Shown one piece after another: positions 1 through 10,528 of a stretch of DNA of 64,000 nucleotides. This stretch comes from the human T2T-CHM13v2.0 reference genome, Homo sapiens. The stretch lies in assembly GCF_009914755.1 (NCBI RefSeq), contig NC_060926.1; one strand, written 5' to 3'. The position numbers were made by a program, and so were the translations under genes. Position 1 is the stretch's first letter, and each line of letters starts with the position of its first letter. A model generated the notes under the pieces. That model had not been told where the DNA came from, did not search any database, and saw only the letters and a list, made by a program, of their open reading frames with translations.

Positions 1-163
1 ATTTTAGGAGACTTGCCTTGGGTTTTTCAACCCACAAAAATCTGTGGCTTTGGAGTATGGGGCTGTATGGAATATGAGGAGCTTATGATAAGGGGATATT
101 AGCTCCACCGCTGTCTAGGGCAGTCCCTGTACCAACTCTGAATATCTCGTGGATGCAGTCTTT

Positions 164-199
164 CTACACTTGATCTGAGCCAAAAGGCCGAGAAGCTAT
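164..199 (-). pseudogene. U2 snRNA 5'-fragment (nt 1-36) tailless retropseudogene
   Basis: Reverse complement ATAGCTTCTCGGCCTTTTGGCTCAGATCAAGTGTAG matches U2 nt 1-36 (ATCGCTTCTCGGCCTTTTGGCTAAGATCAAGTGTAG) at 34/36. No poly-A tail. Imperfect direct repeats at 151-166 and 201-216 (13/16). Confidence 0.92.
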
Positions 200-539
200 A
201 GGATGGAATTTTTCTATGCACAGAGTTGAAAGCACAGCTTTGTCCTGGATGTAGTTGCAAAAACTAATATTTTCTTTTCTTCATCTTCTTCTTTACTCTT
301 TGCTGAAACATTGAATTGACAAGTCTCTAATCTGCTTCTTTTCTGTTTGAGTATCCAGGATAACCACTGTGACTGGGCACATAATCCAATTCTTTAGGAA
401 TTCATGTTTGAGGTTTAGTGAAGGACAAAATTTTTATGATGCCAATCATTTAGTATAGATGGATGGTGGGAAAGATCTCCTGAAACAATTATTCTGGGGG
501 CAACCCTTGTATTACAGAAATCACTTCTCCATACTTTAA

Positions 540-835
<296 letters not shown>

Positions 836-1616
836 CTTCACTCTGTTTTGTTGAATTTTTTTCCATCTAATCTTTATGGTGAGAATGCCTTTTTTTTTTT
901 TTTTTTGGCCTTTTTCCTTTGTCTGTTTTGGGCTGAAGTTTTTCTCTTTTCTGGTCTTTGTGTGAGTGCAATTCTACATTCTGTTCTAAAGATTATAATT
1001 CCCAGTTGGTTGGATTCAAATTTCCCCAAAGCAGTAGTTCCTTATACAGCACTTTGGCCTGTCATCTCTAGACCTGACTTCAAAAGATAGGTGCTTTTGT
1101 TTTTGAAGATCCCCAAGCATTAGAAATTATCATAAAAAGAATAGTGATTCTAGGATACTAAAAGACTAGGACAGAGTTCCACTGATAACTTTCATTTTTA
1201 TCTCTCCACCTTTTCATTTAGAAGTATTCTCTTTGATCCTTAACAAGTATAGATGCTTTGAAGGGTCTTGCCTTTTCTACATAGATCAGAGGAAAGCACT
1301 TCAACTCTAGAGAAGTTGCAATGAAAGGTTAGCCTTTCTTTCTTTGCTTTTTAATGTTATATTTAGAAGAGGCCACCTTTTGTGAGAAAATGTGCAATGA
1401 AAAATAAAACACTACTCCCTTCTAAGCTCATACATATTTGAAACCAGATGGCTGCCCAAATTCATAATTTCTAGCAATCCATTTACATAAGAATTTATAT
1501 GACTTGGAGGTTAATCCCAGACATTGCCTCTCTTAAGGAAATGAGAAGACCAACGTCTAAATAACTTATTCTTTGAAAATATTAATTAAATAAAACAAAA
1601 GTTAAAGTCTATGATA

Positions 1617-1758
1617 CAGACATACCTTGTTTTATTGTGCCTCTCTTTATTGTGCATCATAGATATGTTTTTTTTTTTAAATGCCAATTGGAGGTTTGTG
1701 GCAACCTTGCATTAAGCAAGTCGATCAACACCATTTTTTCCAACAGCATGTGCTCATT
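1617..1758 (+). mobile_element. Tigger1 DNA transposon terminal fragment
   Basis: TA then CAGACATACCTTGTTTTATTGTGC...GGTTTGTGGCAACCTTGC...CCATTTTTTCCAACAGCATGTGCTCA, matching the Tigger1 left end as recalled; stops abruptly at ERV pol. Confidence 0.85.
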
Positions 1759-4700
1759 CTGAGCCTTAAATTTTGAGAACTTATATTCTCTGTTAGCCAG
1801 AAAATTAAGAAGGACCCTACTGTGCTCCTGAGAGATTTCCTCAGTTGGGGCAGAAGGGAAACTGTCATCTACGTATTATAAAACTTTAACCTGATGATAA
1901 ACGAACTCAGAGAGATCTTTTGACAACCCCTGCCCAAACAGGTGGGGGCTGTCTGAGGTAACACTATCCAGGTTAGCTGGGTGGTCTTGTTGGAGGGATC
2001 TTCAAATGCAAACAAATAATAGGAGTCAGGGTGCAATGGTATGTACAAAAAGGCAACCTTTAGGTCCAGGACTGTGAACCATTTAGTCCCCCAGATATTT
2101 GAGGCATAGGGATTGGGAACCACTGGATCAATTGGAACCACAGCCTCATTAATGAGGCAGAGGACCTGGACCAGTCTCCATTCCCTGTTGCTTTTGTAAC
2201 CCCAATAGAGGGGTATTACAAGGGCTGCTGCAGGGTTTGAGGAGGCCCTGCATCTTCAAGTTATCAATGATGGCTTCTATCCCTTTCCTAACTTCTGGTT
2301 GTAGTGGATATTGTCTCTGGTTAGGGAAGGAGGTAGGATACTTAAGGTGGATCTGGACCAGTGTGGTGGTTGTGGCTCAGCCAGTTTTCCCTTTAGTTGC
2401 CCAAACCTCTGGGTTAATATCAGTCTCCACTAGAAAGATGCAAACAGTCTGTCCTGGAACCATCAGGAAGGTGGTTCCCATACCAGCCACAATATCCCTG
2501 TCTGGCTGATGAGTTGGGCTTTCAGGCATGATTAAAAAGGTGACAGTAAACAAGACATCTCCCCAGTTACAACTAAGGGTTTGGAAAAATATCGGTTTAA
2601 AGACTTTCTGTAGACACCCCTCGTGGTCATGCCAAGAGAAGAGGGGGGATGGATTTCAGCGGAGAACTGAAAGGCCCTCTCTGGTGTCCAGGAGGAGGTC
2701 CACCTTCCTCCCTTCAAGTTCCTGAATCACCAGGGCTCCTGGAGGGTAATGGCAGTCTGAACCATGGGAGCTGTTGAGAGGGACCCCATGACCCATCAGT
2801 CCTGCTGGACCATTTGGAAGACTGGCTCTGGACCCAGTGATCTGCATCTCCAGGGAGAGTCCACCCTCCAGTGGTCCACATCATAAATTGGACATGGTCG
2901 AGGTGGCTTCCTCATGTTGCTTGGGCAGTCCTTCCTAATGTGTCCTGGCTTGCCATATATGTAGCAGTTAACAGGTGCATCGCAGGGATTCTGGGGTTTG
3001 TGAGCCTGCAAGGTGGCCATTAGACCCTCTGCCTTTTTGTGGTGTCTCCTCTCTCAGGATTCTTCCCAGTCCCTATTGTAAAAGACCAAGGTGGCCACTT
3101 TGAACAGGTTCTCTAAGGTACTATCTGGCCCCATGCCTGTTTCTACAGCTTCCTACTGATATCAGGGGCTGCCTGAGTAATAAATGTATCCTTTAGGATT
3201 AGTTGTCTCTTGACTGAATCAAGAGATAAAGAGGTTTGCTGTCCTAATGCTCCTCTTAGCCTTTCCAGGAAGGCAGTGGAATTTTAATCTAATCCATGGT
3301 CTATCAAAGACAGTTTGGAGTAACTGGGAGGCTTAGTTCTAGTGCTTCAAAAGCCCTCCAATATGTACACCTGAAAGTGCTTCATTTTTCATTCCCTCAT
3401 TTTATCATTGGGGTCTCATTTAGGGTCCTCCAGTGATACTTCTATTCTTCCAATTGGATGAGGCTCATCCTCTTCCCTGGCACTATATAAGATACAAAGC
3501 TTATCCCCAAAATTCTCTACCACTTGCAGGGCGGCCTGCTTTTCAGCAGTAGTCAGGGTTTGATTCAAAAGTAACATAACATCCTTCCAGGAGAGTTCAA
3601 ATACTTGGGTTAAATTCTGGAAAGCCACTGTATACCTGTCAGAGTCGTCGGCAAACTTGCAAAAGATTCCCCTTGATTTGCCTTAAGTCCTATAGAGAAA
3701 ACGGAACCTGAATCCTAATGGGGCCGGATTCACCTGGCATCTGTTGTAGGGGCAGGAGTGAGACTGGGACCTGCCTACAATGAAGATTTCTAGGATGGGG
3801 CAAGCTTGAGAAAGAATCTGGATATGGAGGATGGGGTGGACCAGAAGGGGCAGGACTGGAGGGGTTGACTCCCCTACTGAAGGTACCTCTAGGGTTTGCT
3901 TCCCTAGTCCCTTGGGATTGCTCTTTGCAGCCTCTCCTGGGATGGCTGCTAGGACTGAATCAATTCAATAACATCAGCAAAGGTCTGGATTACCCTGCAA
4001 GGCAAAGAAAGTCAGCAAGTATGGAACCTTGGACCATTTGCCCTCATGTTTACAGAAAAGGTCCAGCTGCAGGATGGTATTAAAATTAATGCTTCCTTCC
4101 TGAGGCCAAGCTTCTCCTCCCTGCAGAACATAATCCAGCCATGCCTTTGAGCAAAGGAATATGATGCACTTTTTCTCCAGAGTCTGAGGGTCAGAGAAGT
4201 TCCAGTGATTCAGGATGCATTCAGGAGGAGTAAAGGCTGAAAATGATTGGTAACCCAACTGGAAGAGAGGGGAAAAGGCATCCCTTAGTTCCTCTCTCTT
4301 CCAGTGAAAACCCAGGGTTTGTGAGAAGAGAAAAAAAGGTCCCCTATTTTCTTTCCTTTCCTTCCCAAGTCCTGGCATCCACGAAAGGCTCCACCCATAT
4401 AGCAGGGAGGCCTAGTGGGTAGGGATATTCTCACTTACCTATGCTGCCCTATCCTCACACTGTTGGTAACCTGTGGGTTCCCTAGTCCTTGTCTATGCCA
4501 TGGATGTGAGCGAGTTCTCCACCCATGAAGTGGGAAGACCTAATTGGCAGGGATAGTCATATTCACCTGCATTGTGCCTTGGTCTTCCACTGTAACTACC
4601 TTTGGGTGCCTCAGATCTAGTTTTCCTTTTTAGGGCTTCAAACCAAAGCTTGGAATCAAATTTAGGACAAAAAGGTGCCTCAGGAGGGTGTATGGACCCA

Positions 4701-5652
4701 TTAAATTAGTCCCATGTCGCCCTCACAAAATTGCAGTCAGCAACCATCAGGGCAGCTTCTCCACTGCTTCCCTATCATAAGCAGAATGCTAACATGAAGC
4801 TGTGGAACCAGGTTCTCCTCAAATAAGGGAGAAAGAGGGAGTCTCAGGAATTGGGGACCTGGCCTAATAAGATGCCTCCCGAAAGGAAAAAAAAATCAAT
4901 CTTTGCATGGAAAAAATCCTGGTATTTTCAGGATTATGTTGGCTCCTGCCATGGTGGAAAACAAAAATAAAAACAAAAAAAACTTAAATTCAGGGGACAG
5001 AGGGGTGCCTGGGGGAAGTAGCCTCTTGCCCCATGCTAATAAATTTCTTCAAGAGAGGAAAGAAAGCTTTCAATCATTACATCCTTCTTGCTTCTAAGAA
5101 TAGATAGAAACCACACTGTTCTGGATTACACTCCTGATGACTATACTATCTCTCTGGTTTGCAACAACACCCTTAACATTGTATATTAAAAAAAGATAGG
5201 AGCCATGACAGCCACGAAAGAAAGATAATGTGACAGGAAAGAATGCAAGTCCTAGCGCTCACACCCTACTGGGCTGTTGGAGACTGCAGCTGGTCTTGGG
5301 GCTTTCAGGCAACACCAACGTGTGGCCTCAGCTAGATGCCATCAGTTGCCCCAGGACCTTACTCCAATCTGACGCTATGGCTAGACATCCGTGAATGGAA
5401 ACTGGATTGGAAAAAAGCCAACATTCCCAACACCTGAGAGTGATGGGGGATTAACAGTGTCCTCCTGGGCAAGCCTGTCCTCCCTGTCTTCAGTCCAGCA
5501 GCCACGCTAGTCAGTGTTATCTGGCCAACAGAGGCCGATGTTTTTCTTTCATTCTGGTTATTGTGGACTTTCGGGACTCTGAAAAGAAGGACAGAAAGCA
5601 GCAAGTTCACTTTTATTCAGTCTTCTGCAGATCCCAGATGAGGCCCCAGAAA
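1759..5652 (-). mobile_element. ERV1 internal region (HUERS-P/MER52-int-like, HERV-W/9-related gag-pro-pol), defective and 3'-truncated
   Basis: Minus-strand fragments: gag MA (CILNHW...[15 protein letters not shown], ~3974-4260), MHR-like AFLERL (~3255-3290), zinc knuckle CYIYGKPGHIRKDC (~2920-2970), protease VDLLLDT (~2680-2705), RT WFTVLDLK.AF...LTWIVLPQ (1950-2090) and YVDD at 1864-1875. Many stops and frameshifts. Confidence 0.93.
5631..5648 (-). promoter_or_regulatory. Retroviral primer-binding site, tRNA-Pro
   Basis: Minus strand TGGGGCCTCATCTGGGAT vs canonical Pro PBS TGGGGGCTCGTCCGGGAT (15/18), 4 nt after the LTR end. Confidence 0.85.
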
Positions 5653-6811
5653 TGTCACAGGATCCTTTAGGTGTCACTTTGCCAGCCAGAAACCTTTGTG
5701 ACCGGTGGCACCTCTGCTTGAGTTTCATTCACACCCACTGGGCTCATTCCACCCACTTGGCTCAGCAGGCTGTGCTTGGCTCATGCTACTGACTTGGATC
5801 CTATGCCCACCGAGCGCAAGCCAGGCATGGAGTGATGAAGGGTGTGTGAGCAAGTGAGTGTGTTGTCCAGCCACTGTGCATAGCCAAGTGAGCTGGCTGC
5901 TGTGGTGGGGTGGACAGCTCCAGGTGCCATCACAGGTGCTGGCTCCATGCGAGGCTGTGGCTGAACCAGGCATACCATAAACAGCTTCCAATGCAGGTGC
6001 TGGAGTGTGGATGAGGAACATGACATCACCTGAAAACTCAGAGATGTCAGCAACTGCAGAGCTCCAAGGGGTGGGGGGGTGCACGCTACAACTCTCTCAA
6101 TCCTGTTGCCAGCAGCTCAGCAAGTGGGGGTGGAGTGGCATGTTTCAGCTCATTCAGTCCTGCTGCCTTGCTCCGGCTTAGTTTCCAGGCTGGCCTGGCC
6201 CCGCTGCCACTTCCCATCACATGGGGAAGCCACTCGATGCCAGCGGTGGGCAGGGGGGCTATAGTGTTACAGCTCTGGCTCAGGAAATCCTGAGAAGGGC
6301 TGCCACTCTTCACTCCTGCTGTCTGGCAAACAGGAGTGTGTCACAGTTCACAGCTTGGCAAGCCAGCCAAAAACATGTTACAGCCCTTTCCGTGCCTGCC
6401 ACTCAGTGAGCCCTGACTTCTTGTCTCACATCCGGGAAGAATGAGGTTAAATGGACAACTGGAGAGTGAGCAAGATGGAGAAGAGTTTTATTAAGCAGCA
6501 AAACAGCTCTTAGTAGGGAGGAGACCCAAGTGGGTGGCTCCCACCTGCAGATGCGGAGTCCTGATGTGTAGCTGAGTCCCAGGTGTTTATGGACTCAGAA
6601 TGAAGGAAGTGCATCCTGATTGATCAATGGGAGGGCCTGGAAAAAGCACCATTTAATTGGTGGAAAGGCAAAAATCTCACTCCAGGTGGTGGATTTCACC
6701 TGGAACTGAGAGCGTGGTTTTCGGGCTTCAGGTTCTTTGGTTTGAAGGTTCAGTTTCACCAGGGACCCGCCCCAATCTACCTAGGAATTTGTCTGCCTCC
6801 TGCCCCTATCA
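5653..6811 (-). mobile_element. 5' LTR of the provirus (MER52-like, ERV1)
   Basis: Minus strand begins TGATAGGGGCAGGAGGCAGACAAATTCCTAGG and ends GGATCCTGTGACA (TG...CA termini); AATAAA near 6487-6492; adjacent to the PBS. Confidence 0.85.
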
Positions 6812-7566
6812 TATATGTATGTATACCCACATGCACATATGCACCCACATTTCACCACAGAACTAAATTAAAAGTTTATAACATATGGCGTTTGTAAATA
6901 TAAAATAATTTAAACTGAAAAATGAAATCACCTTGATCAAAGTAATAATGGGTGAGAAATTACCTGAAATTATTTCATCAACTATTTTTAAATATTTGTA
7001 GTTATGAGGACAATATGGCCACAAGTACAGTAAATGATTAAAATAACTCTTAATATAAGACCAGGCTGTTTGAATGGCACAGCATATTTTTCTAAAAAGA
7101 CTTAATTAAACCTGAATGAGTGCCATGTTCTTTAACCTAAACTAAAATTCATTTTTGGAATAATTATCAAGACATAACAGCTGGTATGAGAATCTGCTAA
7201 GCCAACAACCACATCTTAACATGGCCAATTACTTGTCTTTAGTGTCACTAAGGATAAGGTGTTCAGATTCCCCATTGACTAAAGAGGTGCCTTTAAAATT
7301 GTAAACATGTCTGAGGAACGTAATTTGAGGAACTGAAACTAAAGGAAATGGAAACCCTAACTCGACCAAATGAAGGGAATAACATTGTCTTAACAATTCC
7401 TTTGAGAAACAGTTGGCCTAAGCACTACAGAAACATATTCACAATTTCTTGAACTTCCTTGAAAACCTAATATATAAACTAATGATAAATATCAAATCTT
7501 CATTAGCTGATATCTAAATCAGTTAATTACCTACTATATATGAGTAAAAGTAATTGGTATTAATAT

Positions 7567-7680
7567 ATTATTCGAAAAGTATTTGTTGAGCCCATTACAT
7601 GCTCAGTGCTGAGGGAGACAAAAACAGTACTGTGCACAGCACATACCATGGTTTCTGCCCTCAGTCAGCTAGAAGTCAAA
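7567..7680 (-). mobile_element. L2 3'-end fragment
   Basis: TATTTGTTGAGCCCATTACATGCTCAGTGCTGAGGG...TTTCTGCCCTCA resembles the antisense L2 terminus. Confidence 0.55.
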
Positions 7681-7759
7681 TAAGAAAATAAAACATTTAT
7701 AAAACAGAAAATGGTATTCTTATTTTAAAAAGGCAAACAACACTTACCAACAATTAGAT

Positions 7760-8030
7760 TCAAAGTTGGCAATTAGGCTGTAAAACAGGCAACCTCATAT
7801 AATCATTTAAAAAACATAGCAATATGTTAAAAGAGTTAGAAATAGCTCATTATTTTTGACCCAGTAATTCCACTTCTATGAATTTATTTCAAGGAAATTA
7901 TCAGATGTGGCTCAAAGATTTATGCTGTAAGAGGTTTCCTATAGTTTTAATAGTTTTATGTATAATAATTTAAAACTGAAGCATTCCAAATGTCAAAAAA
8001 ATAGATTGGTTAAATAAACACAGGGCAATA
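7760..8030 (+). mobile_element. Ancient L1M 3' fragment
   Basis: TTTGACCCAGTAATTCCACTTCTATGAATTTATTTCAAGGAAATT...CCAAATGTC...GATTGGTTAAATAAA, typical of the L1M ORF2 end/3'UTR. Confidence 0.65.
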
Positions 8031-8864
8031 TTAAGAATACGAACCTTCTCTCAGTAATCTGGAATACGCTCCTTCCCTCCCTGCACCCCCTAACAAAGAC
8101 TGCTACTAATTATACAATTATCTTAGAAAACAACTAAAGCTTCTATAGCATCCACTTCCACTGCTGAATTCTTTAAATTTAGCATCAAAAACACTTTACT
8201 CATATTTTGTACTTCTGATTTCTTTTACCAAAATTGATGCTAGTATCCCAGAAAAAAATCAGAAGAGATCTCCCCAATTTCTTCACATTGGCCATGGTAG
8301 TTATGGTATTTTGTTTGGGGTGAGGTCTTTATAGGTTACAGCAAGGTTTTTATGTTCCAAAACTTTAATATAATTGCCTACATATTTATCAAGCTACCTT
8401 TAATAAGCCATATCACTTGAATCTACTTATACGTTCTGAGTTTAATTTCTTGTGACACTACCAGTGCCATACTGGTATATTGGCAACAATTTATATAACA
8501 TCTGGATGTCATAGCTTATGTGATATGTATGTAGCTATGCAAAATGTTAATTAGTCGACATATGCAGCTAGTTGAGTTTTCTATTGCAAGGCTTAGATAG
8601 GCCTAAATAAATCAGGTCTGGCCACGGTCTACCACAATTGAAACAGTAAAGGAATGAATAGGAAAGGCTGTGAGTGTACTCAACAGGCAGAAGGGATCTA
8701 TATCACTAAATAAAGAGCCAAGAATCAAAAGTCATCTTTTCCTAGCTCTGAGAGGAAGATGGAGAGCTAATGTTTACCCATCTTTTAATGGAATATATTC
8801 ATTAAAAGTAATGTGTTAAAAAACTAAAGTAAATTTTTTCTTGGGTACTATCCATATATAGAGG

Positions 8865-8868
<4 letters not shown>

Positions 8869-8900
<32 letters not shown>
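8869..8900. repeat. (TG)16 microsatellite
   Basis: Uninterrupted TG run. Confidence 0.95.
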
Positions 8901-8901
<1 letters not shown>

Positions 8902-10028
8902 TATAAAGACAGACATAGAGATAGATATAAGAGAATGAGATTTAAATGAACTGTAACACAACCATTTTACTGTTAAAAGCTAGAAGGAAAGAAAGACGTC
9001 CACTTATGCACAAGAAACCAACATGGCTGGAAAAATTGATAAGAGAATTACACAGTGGAAACTGTGGCAAATGTTTGTTAGTAAAGCATGAGAAAATTTA
9101 AAGAATCAATGACTTGGTCTGTGAAAATTACAGTGTTTCAACACAGGTAAGTGTGATATCTGGCAAGTTATGTCTTCTGCAGCTTGCACCTGCCTGCCTG
9201 GCATGACTGTCACACTAGCAGTGGCTGATGCCACCAGGCTACCAACTCTGCACTGTTATCAGCAGAAGCAGGTGGTCTGAGTGTACCTTTATTTCCTTAG
9301 AACTTCCAGAGATTTGGGCCTTGGCAGCCCTGTAAAAGAAAATTAAAGAGAATGCTCTCTTGTGCTTCATTTGGGGGCCTGATTGAATTTCCTCTGGAGT
9401 TTTTCTCTACTTCACAATAGAGGACAGCATTGTGGGAATGGTTGTGGTTATTGCAGTGGGCACAGTAGCAATCATTCAGGCATTGACTTAGGGAAGCTAA
9501 CTACACTAGAGATCATATGGCTACAAAGTGATATCACTAGCACGAATGCCAGTGGGGCTGGGGTTCCTATCTAAACTAGAAAAATCCAAAGTCTCTAAAA
9601 ATAATTGTGTGAATACATGTATGTGTGTCTTGGCATTCTTGGAATATAAAAACTACAGAGCACCATAAAAAAGATGGAACAGCCTGCTGAAATCACAAAT
9701 GAAAATCTGACATTTGTAATCTGGAATGATTGCCTTTATCATACTCTTAGTTATCCTATGCTGGCTCCATGCAAACTGTGTACATGACTATCTTTCCCAT
9801 TAGACAGTGGTTCCTTGAGGGGGATTACTAAGTTTTATTCATATTTGTACTTCTGGTATATGAACACATTATATTTATTCAATGCTTCTTTCTTCAAAGA
9901 ATAGATTTTCAGTGAGGCCCAGAACTGAAGTGCTTTCAGTAGCCAGGTAGATAATATACATGTATGAAAAGTTCTGTTGTATGAACAACTGGAATGGAAT
10001 AGTGAGAACTAGTGTCAACATAGAGAGG

Positions 10029-10528
10029 GTATGCCATATCCATTATTATGTAATAAACCACTCCAAAATTTAGTAGAATAAATAATTACTTTAATAAATG
10101 ATGATTCTGTGGATTGTTGGTTTGTTTTGGGCTCAGATGGGTGGTTCTTCCATTGGTATGCTCTGAGTTTATGTGTGCAGCTTCAGTTGCCTGGCAGGTA
10201 ATTAAAGGCTGATTGTTTTGGGATGGCCTCACACACATGACCAATGTTTGTTCATGATGGATGTTTGCCACTTGAACAGCCAGACGTGTGTGAGGCCATC
10301 CTGAAACAATCAGCCTCAGTCACCTGCCAGAATAATGGTTCCCTAGATACTCAGCTAATCTCAACTTCTTCAAATGACAGCTGGTTTCCAAAAGCATCAA
10401 TAATGATCAAAGATGTGGCAAACATCTCCTTCACTTATTTTGCTAGCATTCCATTTGCTAAAGCAAGTAGACTCAAAATCTTATGGAAGAAACTGCAAAT
10501 TTTGAGATAATTTTTTCATTCTCCCACA
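10029..10528 (-). mobile_element. MLT1-family MaLR solo LTR (old, F/G/H-like)
   Basis: GTAATAAACCACTCCAAAATTTAGT...GATTCTGTGG...TGGGCTCAGATGGGTGGTTCTTC...GGATGGCCTCACACACATG...CCACA pattern. Confidence 0.65.

Noticed and set aside
1869-4378. ERV gag/pro/pol ORFs as a domesticated gene
   Set aside because: Fragmented into pieces of 134 aa or less with stops (including one just before YVDD); no sign of ORF preservation.
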